Positions 48,939 through 63,376 are shown, counted from the stretch's first letter. The stretch is 64,000 nt of DNA from Amoebidium appalachense (GCA_963693365.1 CAVNZM010000016.1:4456649-4520648), one strand, 5' to 3'. The notes: generated by a model not told the origin, from the sequence alone. Numbers and translations are program-made.

Positions 48939-50270
48939 TCACTCGGTGCGTGCGCGCTTGTTGCATCTGTTTTTGTGTTCATTCTCCTCCTCCTTAGCAT
49001 CATCCAACCATTCCCTTGCCTCCCTCAGTTGCACATTTGCATTTTCCATCGCTTTTGTCTGCTCCTCCAACTCATTATTGTAGCACTCCAGCACAGCTCT
49101 CAAAGCGTCCGTGCACGTCGTCGAAATCTGTTCCGTAGTTTCAAGAATGTCCGTCAGGTGAGAGATGGCGTGTTGGATTTTTTCGCAGTTGGTTTCTGCT
49201 TCCGCCACCTTTCCCTCCCACTTCTTCACCTCCTTGCCCGCAGTCTTCCTCTGCTTACGCAAATATTCAGCAGCAAGTCTCGCACGGATTTTTCTGGCTC
49301 CCTCTTCAACGGGATTAGCGTCCTGACCCTGACGCTGATCATTACCACCTCTCTCGTTTTGTGTCCCCCCAGCCGCCGCGGTGTAAACGTTAACGTTTGG
49401 GCTCGCATCGGATGTGTGAGCCGCCATGTTTTCTCTGCCGTTTAAGTTGCCGACGGCTGTTCTGGTTAAGCTGCTCGCAAGACCTTCTTTTGCTACAGCC
49501 GTTTCTTTTCCCTCTGCCGACTCAGTGTTGCCGGGTTGTGGAAGGGAATGCACCGCGTCTTCATCGGAACTTTCATCGCTCTCCTGGCCAACCCCTTGGG
49601 CATTGTCGTCACCAACTTGGCCATGTACGAAGTTCCTGTTTGGATTTGCCGGCCGCGGCCCTAGACCCAGTTTTTGCACCAATGACAGCAGGTTCCAATT
49701 CGTGGGATTCGTTACATCCAGCTGGGAGGAGAGGTCTATTAAAATCCCCCCAGGCGGTGTCTTTAGCCAGGGGAGTTCGTCCGCAGTCAGAGTCAACGAC
49801 GTGATAAGGGCTCCGTCGTCGCGCGCACTGAACGCAATGGGGTAGAGCTCGGTGCTCCACTTTTTCGAGGCGTTACCCATTGCCGTCATCCCATCTGCCG
49901 CTGTGTCCCACCCAAACAACGGTGACCCATCAAGAAGAGTACCGACGTAATATTCACTTCCAACATAAACGTCCAAGGCGCAGGGGTAGAGGTAATCTTT
50001 ATTCGTTGGTGTTCTGTTGATGGTGGGCAGGGTGAGGGGTTGTCGCAGCATCACCCATGCAAGCTTGACTCGCCTGCCACGGTCGGCAAAAAAGTAGCAC
50101 AGGATTCTCCCCTTCACTCCGAGGCCAGGAAGTAGGTACTGGTCCCACGCATAGTCCGGAGGGAGGCAGAACTTTCCACGTGCGGATTTGTCGGGTGGCG
50201 CAGAGAGAAGCCAGTTAACTTTTCTCACTGTTGCAGGGACATCATTACGGAGCACTCTTGTGGGCGTCAT
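48939..50270 (-). CDS. Intronless hypothetical protein (~443 aa from the first ATG): globular N-half, acidic linker, C-terminal coiled coil, basic tail
   Basis: 1.3-kb non-repetitive open frame; a diverged paralog at 56857-58171 conserves the same protein motifs (CYFFAD..VKLAWVMLR.P, YPC.LD.YVGS.Y, WSTELYPIAF.A). Confidence 0.75.
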   Translation of the reverse strand: MTPTRVLRNDVPATVRKVNWLLSAPPDKSARGKFCLPPDYAWDQYLLPGLGVKGRILCYFFADRGRRVKLAWVMLRQPLTLPTINRTPTNKDYLYPCALDVYVGSEYYVGTLLDGSPLFGWDTAADGMTAMGNASKKWSTELYPIAFSARDDGALITSLTLTADELPWLKTPPGGILIDLSSQLDVTNPTNWNLLSLVQKLGLGPRPANPNRNFVHGQVGDDNAQGVGQESDESSDEDAVHSLPQPGNTESAEGKETAVAKEGLASSLTRTAVGNLNGRENMAAHTSDASPNVNVYTAAAGGTQNERGGNDQRQGQDANPVEEGARKIRARLAAEYLRKQRKTAGKEVKKWEGKVAEAETNCEKIQHAISHLTDILETTEQISTTCTDALRAVLECYNNELEEQTKAMENANVQLREAREWLDDAKEEENEHKNRCNKRARTE

Positions 50271-52876
50271 GGTGCACGTTTCGGTTGAGTGACACAATTT
50301 TTCGACGCTGTCGGTAGCCTTGGTGTCTTGTGGTTCTCCAGGAGAATACTGATGTAGCCTTCACGTTACTGTACGGGCTTCAGTTTGTTACTGATATATA
50401 TATGGTGGGTTTTGAAGGCCTAGCTAGGGGTTATAATTACCGGGTACGTGTTATGTAAAAGTCTGCAAAAAGATGAAAGAATAGGTAGAAATAACCGTAT
50501 CAATTAACCACTTAAAATGAAAGGAGTAAGGCGGAAAAAACTGACTGGTATGAAAGTGAGAGGCTGGTATGTAATTTGAGTTGACTGGAGTTTATAAACG
50601 TTAGAGGTAGCGTGTACATAGCGCGACTGTAGATCTGGTACCGTTAACGGTGGTTGCGAAGGGCTGCGGCCGCGGCGAAACGATCTATATCGATCTTTCC
50701 ATTGCCTTGTTACCATTCGATAGTTAGATTTTAAAGTGGTTTTATAATGTTTGTTATATATAAATTTTGAAGCTATGCCATTAATGTCACGATTCTGAAA
50801 CAGCGAATCTAGGGCCCGTCATTGTGATATCATGATCATTCGACAATTTTTGTTGTCTCAGCTGAAGCTTCGTCCACTCGATGCACCCTATATTTCATTA
50901 GCATATCTGTTAACTACTTTGTAAGATTCAATTATTTCCATCTCACTAACTTAACAATCTGTTTTGGCTATGCAGAGCTCTGAAATAAGGGCAGTTACGC
51001 GTAACGTAAAACTACTCAGTGCACAGTTGGCACTAGTACATACTGGCTGAGCTGATGATCCAGCACGATATAGCTGATTAGTTAGCTCTTCGGAGCACAT
51101 GATGCGAGTGAATGGATTCCCTTGGTAACTTTGTGCTGCATAACGTTAAAGTTTTCCTCTTCTCCTTCGGTAGAAGGCTTGTTACTCATTATAACTTATT
51201 TGTGTCATCTTTGTGCCATAGTCCTGCCTCTGTGGAGCTGTGCCCCTCCCTGCTGCGAAATGACAGATCTATACTGGTACAGTTTGTAACCAATCAGGTT
51301 TGACTGACAAGCCTTAAGCCAATCCGCTGATTTAAATCGAGATGGCTCTTAAGCTTCACAGGCTATGAAATTAGATCGACAAGCGGCCAACTTATCGGGC
51401 TGGACACGCCAGAGGTCTCGCAAGAAGTAGCATTCTGCTTTTCAACACTATTATAAGTATTCCCAATTTTTTTATAAAAAAAATATGAATATTTCTACCC
51501 CAAAAAAACATCCGCCGTTAAGCCAGCGCGTGCGGGTGGCTTGTGTATAGCAATATTCAGCTGTGCCCCTTAAGAGCATTCTCTTCAAGGTCAAGCACTA
51601 CGTGGCTGGGGTAGTAGCCCTGGGCAAAGTGTGTACTTATAGTTAGGTTGTGAAGGATGGTTTAGCTAAGCTGAACTCATAGATATCACCTTAACTAGTG
51701 TACTGTCGGTGCTGTGTGGTAGACGGTAGTTTCCCTAGAGGGCCTGATCAGCTAAAGGCCCTCCGGGAGCAAAACGTGATAAAACAAAAAAACAAAAACA
51801 AAAAAAAAGGTCAAGTACTTAGGATTCGCATCCTGGTTGGCTTTGAGCCAAAATCCTACGGGCCAGCCATGGGATGCACTGTTAGAAGATAAATGAGAGC
51901 TAGATAACCACAAAAGGTAGCAGCATCAGAGTAGCTCTAGATCTACCGTTCCAACACTAAATAGCGCTCTTCACAATGATTATCACGGAAAGTTGGCCCT
52001 TCCACAATTTTAATAATTTTTTTCATTCATATTAGATGCGTATGTACATGTCACGAGACCGAGTTCGCCGGAGATTATTGTGGACATGTTTGTGACGAGA
52101 AAGCTAGTGCTAGCGGTATTTCTCTAAGTCTCTTTATAGGGGGTAGTGGCGGTGGTGGGGATCGGCAGTGTTTTGGTGGTTTTGGGGTGGCCAAGAAGTG
52201 GGGAAGGGGGGGGGGGGGGAGGGGGGAGGGGGGGGGGGGGTTGGATCCCGGGTTCCCGGGTCAACATGTACAGGGGGGGGGGGGGGGGGGGGGGAGGGGG
52301 GGGGGGAGGGAGGGGAGGGTGGAGAGGGGGGAGGGGGGTGAAAGTATGATCAACACGTGTACGGTGTAGGGGGGCCTTGGGTTGAGCATCATCGAACGAG
52401 GATGAAGGCGTTGGTGGCTATGGTGGCGGTGGTGGGTGGGTGGGTGGGTGGGTGGGTGGGTGGGTGGGTGGGGGGAGAGGGGGGGGGGGGGGGGGGGGGG
52501 GGGGGCGGGGGGCTGCATTGACGGTATGTTTGAAACTTCGAATAGGGTCAAGTAATCGCCTACCCACATCTACTAACACTACAAGTACAGCTAGAGGCTC
52601 TGGCTTTTAGTAGATCTATCGTTCATGTAAGGCATGCTCTGACATACGACTCGAGCTTTGCTGATTGTGCTGCCCTGAGGCTTGGCACCCTACTAATTAT
52701 ATATATGTACAGTCGGCGTTATAATTAAATACGTCGTGAGCGACGGTATCTAGGTATATATGAGGGACCCCAAGCTAGGGGTTACCTCCTCCGGGCACGG
52801 GACAAAATACTTATGAGATTAAAAATGAATAAAAAAGCCAACTTTGAAATAATTGGGGCTCTCCGGGCGGCCAGCC

Positions 52877-52910
<34 letters not shown>

Positions 52911-53255
52911 CCCCCCTCCCCACCCAACAAAAAAACAGAAAAGAAAAAAGAAAAAAAAAATGCACCGAGTGTCGTGGTGGTGGTGGCCACCCAACAAAAA
53001 AAAGAAAAGAAAAAAGAAAAAAAAAAACGCACCGAGTGCCGTGTGGTGGTGGTGCTGGTGGTGGCGGTGGTGGTGGTGGGGGGGGGGGGGAGGGGGGGGG
53101 GGAGAGGGGGGGGGGGGGGATGGGGGGGGGGGGAGGGGGGAGGAGGGGGGGGAGTTACATTAGTTATACGTATGAATATATCTGTATCGAATGTACAGGC
53201 GGCCGTGTACACTGACCCACCTCTCTTTCCCCCCGTCACCAGTCTCCCCCCTTCT

Positions 53256-53295
<40 letters not shown>

Positions 53296-53889
53296 CTGTA
53301 CACCCCCATACAGAATATAAAAAAAGGAGATGACTTACTACTATCCCCTTCCCCCCCCCCCCCCCCCCCCTCCCCCCTCCCCTCCCCTTTCGAGTTCAAC
53401 GTCAATAGACTATATCAAGTTGCTTGTGACTTCATATACATGCACTAACTTGCATTTTACCTTTTGAGCCTCTGAGGATATTTTTGAGAATATAATGTTC
53501 CTGACGGTGCCTTGGGCCGTGCCAATGTATCCAAGTCCAGATCAGGAGATACTGTGCTATACTAATGCCACCCCCCCCCTCCCCCTCCCCCCCCCCCCTT
53601 GTTCCTGAGGCCGGGATCCGGCATTTATAGGGGTTCAGCATTTCTTGGCTTTACATTTACCAGTTTTTTGGAAACCGGTGGCCAACTTTCTTTTTGTGCT
53701 GGTCTTCTGGTGTGGATATTAGCACACGTTACTCAAAACTTTAATTCACTACGTTTTTTGTCTGAGGCTTAGTAAGCTGGACAGAACTAAATAGTGATGA
53801 ATCAAACTACCCCACCCCCCGGTAGCCTGCTATACTAACGCCCACGTCCATAAATTAGCACGCCCGCCCTTCAAGCCACCTCCCCCCCC

Positions 53890-53926
<37 letters not shown>

Positions 53927-54062
53927 TTCCCCCCCCCCTCACCCAGCCCTTGCCCCCCCCCCCCTCCCTCCCTCCCCCTCCCCCCTCCCCCCTCCTCCCC
54001 CCACTACCTGGCCCTCGCCCCCCCTCCTCCCCACCCCCCACCCCCCAGGCCTAGCTAGCTAG

Positions 54063-54099
<37 letters not shown>

Positions 54100-54871
54100 T
54101 CCCCATCCGGGGGGGGCACGGATGGGGTGCATTCGGAACATGACAGTAGCTGTCGAAAATATCAAGAACATGCACCACGGCCACATTCTGGGCAGGCGGG
54201 GCGGGGCGGGGGGGGGGGGGGGGGGGGGGGGGGGAGGGGGGGGAGGAGGGGGGAGTCTTATTTGTGGACAGCAACTCAAGTAGTACGGTTAGATAATGGC
54301 ATCATTAGCACCCTAATTAAGATACGGTCGGTGCTTAGTGGAAGGCAGTATCGCCTAAAATGAAGCCCATGGGGTTCCTCCGAGGAATAGACCCCCCCCG
54401 TCCGGTAGGGGAAATTTTGGTCCCCCCCCCCCCGTCTCCCGCCTCTGATCAACACCCTATGAGTTTTTCAAACTAGAACGAGCCACTGGTGTCTTAATCA
54501 TGAAATAATATAGCACGGTCGTTTTGTCATGTTTGTTTGCAAGGCTCGGTCTAGAAAGTAGGTACACATGTAGGCCTCTTAGAGAGCGGTACTCACCAAG
54601 AGGAGAAGGTGCTGAATAACTTGCGACCTTCATAAAAAGATCACAGTAAATCGAAAAAGATGTACACACACACACGTGCGCGGGCACGTGCACACACACT
54701 CACACACCTACGTAGGGAGGCGCCGTGATGGTATACAGAAAGGCATGCACACAAGGACACAGAGACAGAATGAACTTACACACACACAAACAAAAAGAAA
54801 CACATGCAAACACACGCACACACAAACACACACGCACACGCACACACACACACACATACAACACGCGCGCG

Positions 54872-54920
<49 letters not shown>

Positions 54921-55168
54921 GAAAGTACCTTTTCTCTCACCAGGTGTCTCTTTCTCTTCTCTCTCCTCACCCTCTTTGTCCCCCCCCCCCCCCCCCCCCC
55001 ACCGGCCCCGTCCTCTCCCATCTCTAGTTGTTACCCCTTTTCTTCACTACCATGACAAGTGTTTTTGTCTCTCCCCATGCCTTTCAATGGTTTCTTCCCC
55101 CATCCCCCCCCCCCCCCCCCCCCCCCCCCCCTTCCCCTCCTCTTCCCCCTCCACATACACGCACACAC

Positions 55169-55269
<101 letters not shown>

Positions 55270-55351
55270 ACACACAAACGTTTTCTGCCTCTGAACCCTC
55301 CATCCCTTCTCCTTCCTTATTTCTTCCGATCCCCCGCCCCCCGTCCTTCCA

Positions 55352-55425
<74 letters not shown>

Positions 55426-55666
55426 AAAAATAAGAACAGAAAAAACAAACACTTGGCAACCAAAAACCAAAAAAAAACAAAAAACAACACCTTTGTTCCT
55501 AATAACCATCTCGTATACTGCAAACCGGGTCTCCCCCCCCCCCCCCCCCTCTATGTATATCTGCGCATCTTATCTCCCCTCACAAACACACTTTATTTTC
55601 ACGTGTGTTTGTCCTCCCTTAATCCGATGACCAACTGATTACCTCTTTGCCTAATTTACCGCCATC

Positions 55667-55703
<37 letters not shown>

Positions 55704-55708
55704 TACCG

Positions 55709-55739
<31 letters not shown>

Positions 55740-56626
55740 CCCCCCCCCCCCAAAAAAAAGAAAAGAAAAAGAAGAAAAGAATAAGAATAAAAACAAAAAA
55801 CAGGGGGCTTGTTGATCTTCCTTTTCGAATAGTGGTTAGTGGTTTGTAATTTTAGGTGAAGGAGTGAGGCTGAGCCAACTGTAATTTCCTTCCTTTCTTT
55901 CTCTCTTCCCCTCCCCCCCCTTCCCCCTCCTCCCCCTCCCCCTCCTTCCCCTTTTTTGTTTTTGTATGTGTGTGTGTGTATTTGGGGGCGGGGGAGGGGG
56001 GGGGGGAGGGGGGAGAGCGAGAAGAGGGGGGGAGGGGGGTCTCTTTGTCTTCCCCCCCCCCCCCCCTCCCCCGGTCCCCCCTCCCCCCCCCCCCTTTTTT
56101 TTGTTTGTGTATTTGGGACGGGCGTGGTGGTGGTGGTTGGGGGGGGGGGGGGGGGGGGAAGGGGGGGGGCGGGGAGGGGGGGGGGAGGGAGGGAGGATGG
56201 GCATATCAGATGGTGACTAAGCTTCCGTGAACTGTCTGATTGAAGCATTGCTTCAAGAACATTCAGCCGTGAGGATGCGCATTCGCTGCCCTGTTTCTTG
56301 TCTTTTTCTGTTTTGTCTGTATTTTTTTCCTGTCTGCCTACATAACACACACGTGAACTTGCGGGTCAGTCATTAACTGCCACTCCGCTGCCATATCATA
56401 TCAGAAGTACACTAGACAGCTTACTATGGCATAAAAACCACCAGGCATCAAGATACATGATCGATATCATCAGAGGACGAATACATCGTCACAGCCGGTT
56501 TGATCATACATATGACAGCCTATACAATTTTGAAGATGCACCACTAGACATCATATATCATCCCCCTCCCTCCCCCCTCCCCCCCCTCCCCCTCCCCCTG
56601 AAGCTCCCCTCCCCCCCCCCCCCCCC

Positions 56627-56658
<32 letters not shown>

Positions 56659-56856
56659 ACCCGTAACCTTACCATTTTTTGAAGAACCGGTACCCCTCCC
56701 CACAAACACATATCATTCCCTTTTTAGAGGCCTAGCTATATATAAGAATTGAATCTTTTGTAAGCTTGCATTTACCTAAAGAAACGGTTATCTTAACAAG
56801 CAATCATTTATCAGTGGTAAAACTCAAAAGATCCCAGGAAGCCTAAGCCATTGAAC

Positions 56857-58171
56857 TCAATTCGTTTGTGGACGGGTACTGCCTCTGATCATGTTTATCA
56901 GTTCGGTCTCTTGACTAACGGCATTAATCAACCAATCCTTTGCCCTATTTAGCTCCAGCTTAGCATTTTCCAAGGCCCTTTTCTGGTCCTCCAACCCTTT
57001 CGTGTATTTCTCATACGCTATTTTCAGAGCGTCCGCGAAATTTACTTGGTCTGCAGTTGCGGTCTTAAAAACACTACCCAGATGGAAAATCGCAAGTTGG
57101 ATATTTCCATACTTCGTTTCTTCGTCTACCAAAATTTTCTTCCTCCTCTCCATCTCTGTGGAAGCGGCTTGTGTTTGCTTATAAAGTAAACCACCAGTGA
57201 ATCGCACCCAGGCTTTCGCGACTTCGCTGACTAACGGAGCAGCCGCTGCGTTTTGACCGTTGCCATCTACTTGGTTTTGTGTTTCCGTGTTCTTTGTGCT
57301 CGCCGCTGATCTAAGAGCCGTTAACGGTTCGTTCTTGCGGCCACTGTTGCAGATGTGTTAGTGTTGCTGAATCTGTTTTTTGGGTTGGCTGCTTGAGTTT
57401 GCGGGACTAAACCACGTGCAAATCGCTCACCGTGACGGGTTTTGGCGTCTTCGCTGACCAAACGAGCAACCGTAGTGCGCACCAAAGGCGATGGGGTAGA
57501 GCTCGGTGCTCCAATTCTCTATGCCGTTGTAGTTATCCATTGCTGGCATCCTCAGCATCACCGCGTCCCACCCAACCCGCCTCTCTGGATGAGGACTTAC
57601 ATAGTCGCTTCCAACATAAATGTCCAACGTGCACGGGTAGGGGTAATCTTTAACAGTTGGTGCTTTGTTGGGCGGAGGGAGATTTGTACTAGGTGCCGGT
57701 GGTCGAAGCATCACCCATGCGAGTTTTACGTGAGTGCTGTGGTCGGCGAAAAAGTAGCAAAGTACTCTCCCCTTCATTTCGGGGCCAAGAAGTAGGTCCA
57801 AGTTCCACTCGTAATCCGGAGGGAGGCAGAATCTTCCTTGCCCGGATTTGTCGGGTGGCCGCCGAGAGAAGAGAGTTCACTTTTTTCACTGTTGCACACA
57901 CATCGTGATTGTACAGTGCAGGTGTCGTGCCTGTGCGTGCACGTTTCGGTGCACCACAATTGTTGATGTTGTCTGTGGTAGGTTTTCTTTTCTTGTAGCG
58001 CGGGTCTCCTGGAGGATACTTGGGGGGCCTTCCAGGCCCACGTTTTATGATCGGTGCACTAATTGTGGTGGAGAATTGCGAACGAACACTGAGGGTACCG
58101 GTTTTTGAGTCAACCACGTTGAGGTGGCAAATTCCTAGTTCATATATAGGTGTGTTTTCAAAAATAAGCAA
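56857..58171 (-). pseudogene. Frameshifted intronless paralog of 48939-50270 with an N-terminal AT-hook-like motif
   Basis: Three ORF pieces in different frames (58171-57689, 57801-57427, 57207-56857) align collinearly with the 443-aa protein; KRGPGRPPK lies near 58020-58045. Confidence 0.8.
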
Positions 58172-58304
58172 TTCGGTAGATATGATTCCGTAAGAATCAT
58201 GTCTTTAGAAAGAAGGTTACGTAGGGCTACCTTTCCGTATGGTAGATGTGAATGATTGAAGCGTAAGCGCCCCTGTCTACGAGCCACATGTCCGTGCTTT
58301 CGTG

Positions 58305-58364
58305 CTTAGCTCGGTAAAGGCCCGTGAATAAAGACTTAGCTCGGTAAAGGCCCGTGAATAAAGA
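58305..58364. repeat. Perfect 30-bp tandem duplication upstream of the pseudogene
   Basis: cttagctcggtaaaggcccgtgaataaaga x2. Confidence 0.9.
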
Positions 58365-58849
58365 GCCTATTATTGGCATTTTTACGGTTATAGATGCGCA
58401 ATACAAAACCTCTCTGCCGATATATGGCGCTATCATTCTCATGTGTAGGGAAATGCATTCACACTGTTAACAGTTTTGAAGACCCGCAGCCCCGCGCACG
58501 CACAAAGACGCACATACCGTGACGCACAAAGACGCAAATACTGTTTCGTGTACATCTACTACTACACACGCCCTCTCCTGAACCTCCACCGTTCCTGTCC
58601 CTCTGAAAGTCTCAGCAAATGTGTCCTCTTCCAATGTTGCATTCACGCATGGATTGACGAAATCAAAAACAAAACTTTTTCTGTTCTCCGGAGACACGTG
58701 CACCAATCGATCGATGCTCCCTGCCCACAGAAATTCGCTCTTTTTTTTCTCTATTCCTCTCCCTCACTACATGTCGTGTCTCTCTTTCTCGCGCGCGGTC
58801 TGAGACCGTCCGTCCCCCCCCCCCCCCCCCCCCCCCTCCCCCCCCCTCC

Positions 58850-58999
58850 TCCCCCTCCCTCCCTCTCGTCTCACTCTTCGTCTGTCTCGACAACCCCTCC
58901 CCCCCCCCCCCCCCCCCCCCCCCACCCACACACACTCTTTTCTCTCCTAAGGCTTTAACTCAAGCTCCCAACCAGCTGCTGCCTCTGCCCTGCTGCTGC

Positions 59000-59035
<36 letters not shown>

Positions 59036-59102
59036 CCCCCTTCCCTCCCCCTCTCCCCCTCCCTCCCTCTCGTCTCACTCTTCGTCTGTCTCGACAACCC
59101 CC

Positions 59103-59139
<37 letters not shown>

Positions 59140-59227
59140 ACCCACCCACACACACTCTTTTCTCTCCTAAGGCTTTAACTCAAGCTCCCAACCAGCCGCT
59201 GCCTCTGCCCTGCTGCTGCCCCCCCCC

Positions 59228-59266
<39 letters not shown>

Positions 59267-59290
59267 CCCCTCCCTCCCTCCCTCCCTCTC
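58850..59290. repeat. Tandem duplication of a ~210-bp unit interleaved with poly-C
   Basis: ctctcgtctcactcttcgtctgtctcgacaacccc and cacactcttttctctcctaaggctttaactcaagctcccaaccagc each occur twice. Confidence 0.85.
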
Positions 59291-59788
59291 CTCCGGCCGG
59301 CCATGCATCCGATCGCGAATCCCTATCTTCCCCTCCAATGTCCAGCTTCGCGTACCCGACGCTATCTTTCTCTCCCCATATGCATCCCCAAAATTTTCTC
59401 GTGTCTTGTCCATTCTCGCTTTTTAGCCCGCCCCCCCCCCACACCCCAACCCCACCACCACCACCCACCCACCCATTATCTCCCCGTTATCCAGAATCAC
59501 GAGAAACAGAGAGACCTCAGACCTACATGTAAATGTGCATATGAGATCGAAAGGCTCCGTTTTTGCTCCGGTTTTTTTTTTAAAATGTGATGACGGCTTC
59601 TTCTTCTTTTCTTTTTTTCCATTTTATTTTTTCTTGTAGTTTTTTCTTGTGGGAGGAGGGAAGGAAGGAGGGAGGGAGGGAGGGAGGGAGGGAGAAAGGG
59701 AGGGAGGAGGGAGGAGGTGGTGGTGGTGGTGTTGGGGGTTGGGTGGGTGGGTGGGTGGGTGGAGAAGGCATCAATCATGGGTGCCTGG

Positions 59789-61753
59789 CAAGGCCTCCTA
59801 AATAGCACACCGGGCCGAGGCACGCAATAGACTAATACTCCAGATTACGTGTAAAGAGTAGGGTGATCGAAAACTGAAATCTTACGTGCCCCTCCGGGGT
59901 CTCCTACATCAGACTAATTTTAGTGCAAAACTTGTGCAAACATTACGCTAAACTACCAGACTGCCTATAACTGCCTAAGTCTCACACAACGCACCCAGTG
60001 CGTCGTCGTTCAAAAACGAGAAAACGTCGAAGTCCTCCTCCTCGAGCACAGCCTCCACGTCGTCGCTGGCGCTGGGGCCGTCGTCCGCGGCGTGCGCCGC
60101 CAATAAACCGGTTGATGCACCCTCGTATTTCTTGGTTTGCCGGTTTGGCTTGTTGGTTGGTGTTTTCTTTTTCGCGTTGCGTTCCTTGGTGTAGTTGTTG
60201 AGTAAAATGTTGGTCATTCTCATGGCGATGCCATCGAGGTACTGCGCCGTGTCCTCCCCGCACTCCTCACAAGTAATGCCTCGAATTGTCTCTGTCTCCG
60301 GCCGGCTCTTGGCGTGCTGAACCGCGAGCGTGTGAACCAGCAGGCGGTGGGAGCCGGCGTGCAGAAACTTGCCCTCCAGCTCCTTGCTGGTGAGGCACTC
60401 CATCACGCGCACAGTGGTCTCCGCGACCACATAGGCCGCGTAGGAGGGAGTAGAAAGCCCCCCACGGTCGATGGCCTCCAGGTATGACGTGTCGATGACG
60501 TCCGGCCCAAGCTGGGCTTGACGCTGGCTGGGATCTCCACCACCAGGCGGTGGCTGCTGAACAAGCGCCCACGGCACTGCTTGCAGCTGCAGCCCCGCCC
60601 CGTCTTGAAGCAGGCGTAGCCGGCGAGAAAGACGACCACGCTCTTGTTGGGGACGGTGATGGCAGCCAACAGAGCGCCAATGCTGGAGAAGGGCTGCAGC
60701 AGAACGTCCAGTTCCACGGCAGGCTTGGCCAGCAGGGCAGTCTCGTTGAACTTGACGGCCTGCTTGAGAGTGCTGATGCCCACGGCCTTGCCCGTGCCCC
60801 GGCGGAACGTGAAGAGGTTGATGAGCCGGATGCGCCGCTCCGACTCAAGCACCTGTTCAATATCACACCTTCCGTTAGCTTGGCATTATCCTGATTTACA
60901 ACTGTGCAGATAAAGAGCACCGCACAGACCATAAATAGTTGCCAGCTGCAGCCGGCTGATTTGGGTGTTTGCAAGTTAATGCAATGCTTGTGTCGGTAAG
61001 GAGGGGATCTGGGAAATGGAGGTGGAAAGGGAGGGGGGTGAAGGGGGGGGGGGGGGGGAAGGATTACTTCTTTTGGCAATTGGTGTTTAAAGAAGGAAGG
61101 TGGGGGTAAGCCTTCTAGGATCCGAAAAAAAAAAGAAGGGGGGGGGGGGGGGGGGGGGGAGTAGGGGAAAAGGGAGGGGGTGGGGGGGTGGATGGTGGTG
61201 GTGTTGGTGGTGTTGGTTGGGAACGAGGGGGAGGGGGAGGGACTCTGAAAAATTGTCTCAGAAAAAAAGGAGTGGGGGGAGGAGGAAGGGGGGGGGGGGG
61301 GGGGGGGGGGATAGAACAAGGGTGGAGGGAAGAGGCTACCTGGCGGGTGGAAATGTGGTAATTGCCTCCGTTCATTTCCCTGTAGTGTCCAAACCGACCC
61401 TCCAACTGGTCGGTCATAATCTTGCCCAGAAGAACGTAGACCCAGTTGAGGTCGTCCTTTAGATACTCCACAAGGGCTATCTGCAAACATTAAAAACCCG
61501 AGTGTTAAGGATAGTTTCCCAAAAAAAAAGGTGGCCCAGAGTGCATAACCAACGTGCTTATCGAAGCACAAAGGTTGAGTGCACGGGTGCCCACTGATCA
61601 CACAATGGCCCAGCATAAAACGGGAAGGGGGGGGGGGGGGGGAGCGAGAAGGGAGGGTGTGTGTGTGTGGGGGGGGGGGGGGGGGGGGGGGTGGTGATAG
61701 AGAGAGAGCGTGTCTGTGTGAGAGAGAGGGGGGAGGGAGAGGGGGGGGGGGGG

Positions 61754-61788
<35 letters not shown>

Positions 61789-63376
61789 AGAGAGAGAGAG
61801 CTCGAACCATGATCAACACTGCAGCGTGCCTCCTGCTCGCATTCGTCCGACTCCGCTTCCTCGACTAGCTCCCAGAGATGTTGCTCCAGAAATTCTCTGG
61901 CAAGCGCTAGAGGAGGGCGCGGCAGCACCGCCTTTATCTGCTCACGCTCGCTCCCAATGCCCACTGTCGTTGGCTTTGCTGAGTTGGCCTTCTCCTTGCA
62001 CGAATGAAGTAACTGGTACAACTCGGACCACCGAGATATAGAATGTGACGTGTGCGAGTCAACCGAAACCGAATAAGATGTAGCCCCAAACACAGACGGT
62101 GTGTGCACAACAGGCACTGCAGAAAGGTTATGATCAACAGTTACCACTGCCCCCACAAAGGGAAAGGGCACCCCGCCGGGAAATGACGGGGTAACTGTTG
62201 TCAGCAGTACCGCTTGTATGCTTTCACTGCTCGTTTGTGTGACTTGCCAGAGCCCCAGCGTGCCTACGCTATTTAGACGGTCTAAGAAGTTGTCGCACAA
62301 CTCGCTGAACGAGTGTATGGTGTCAAGTTGTTCTAGCCGGGCCTTCTCAGCCTCTTCCTGGAGCTTTGCTCGTTTGTTTTGCTCTTCTCGTCTATCCTCT
62401 GGGTTTCTCCTGGGTGCCTTTTCCTCTATGACTATATTCAGTTCTGTGTTGAATATGCAAGGAATCTGATTCTCTTTGCACCTCGGGTGGGAATGTTTAA
62501 TAAACCGAGATATATCTATTTTAGGATCTTTGTAGTCAAAACCTAGGTCAAGTTGTTCGGGCCTAAAATGTTTGATACAAATACCTATACAGCTTGTGTT
62601 ACTAATTACCGTTAAGTCTTGGCGTTTGCAGAAACTGACCCACTTGTGAAAACGCTCGGGCTCTTTTAGTTTTGTTAGGAAAAGCAAAACAAGATGCACT
62701 CTCGTGCCCTTTGTAATTAGTTGTGCAGCCGTAGACAGCACAAGATCTTGGCATCTGCGTAGCGGCTGGGCGTGGCCAAAGTGGCACTGCCCAGCCTTTT
62801 TTATATATAATGCAGGAGCACTTCACGTAAAGTGGTGGCAAAGAAATAGTTACTTTTCCACGTGTAGCAGCAACACAAGCGGCCGGCACACAGCCCCCTA
62901 GATCACAACGAGAGATCGATGGGGATTGATGAAGTATTGTACTTACGTCAACTTAGAGTCTTAACCCCTTACATTAACTCCCTAATATTATATTTTACAC
63001 GCCAATAAAAACGGCATAAACCATTTAAATGTTAAATAAATGAGCGCTTTGACGTATTGGTTATTTCATAAAGCTATTAAAACAGACTAGATACTAATAT
63101 TGTTGGTTTTGCCTTATCCTTAATGTTGGTACCCCACAATTTCCCGAGTATACAAAGAACACCAAAAGCCCGCCATTTGCTGTATTGTCCAATCACTAAA
63201 TTGCAGTCAAAAATCTTCTATCCAATCGAAATCGCCTGTACTGGGTCTCGCGCGTTCCTCAGTTGGCCAATCATTTCGCTGGATTCGGCTGGAAGCTAAC
63301 CCTACTCTTGATGACGTCACTTCTCATATGTGAACGACCTCGTGCCTCGGCCCGGTGTGATATTTAGGAGGCCTTG
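59789..63376 (-). mobile_element. P-superfamily (THAP) DNA transposon, 3588 bp, internally deleted
   Basis: 36-bp TIRs caaggcctcctaaata(g/t)cacaccgggccgaggcacg at 59789-59824 and 63341-63376 (1 mismatch); perfect 8-bp TSD GTGCCTGG at 59781-59788 and 63377-63384; encloses THAP and P-transposase C-terminal coding segments. Confidence 0.95.
59975..62754 (-). pseudogene. P-element/THAP9-like transposase remnant with spliceosomal introns
   Basis: Exon 62754-~61810: THAP zinc finger MPRSCAVYGC...FAFP...KWVSFCKR...ICIKHF...IPCIF (1-nt frameshift near 62670). Exon 61480-61340: YVLLGKIMTDQLEGRFGHYREMNGGNYHISTRQ. Exon 60852-59975: VLESERRIR...VVFLAGYA...C..C...IDRGGLSTPS...LLNNYTK (frameshift near 60520). 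The central catalytic region is missing. Confidence 0.88.

Noticed and set aside
60267-62741. 824-aa ORF as a single intact protein
   Set aside because: Only the first part is transposase; the rest reads through introns and off-frame exons.
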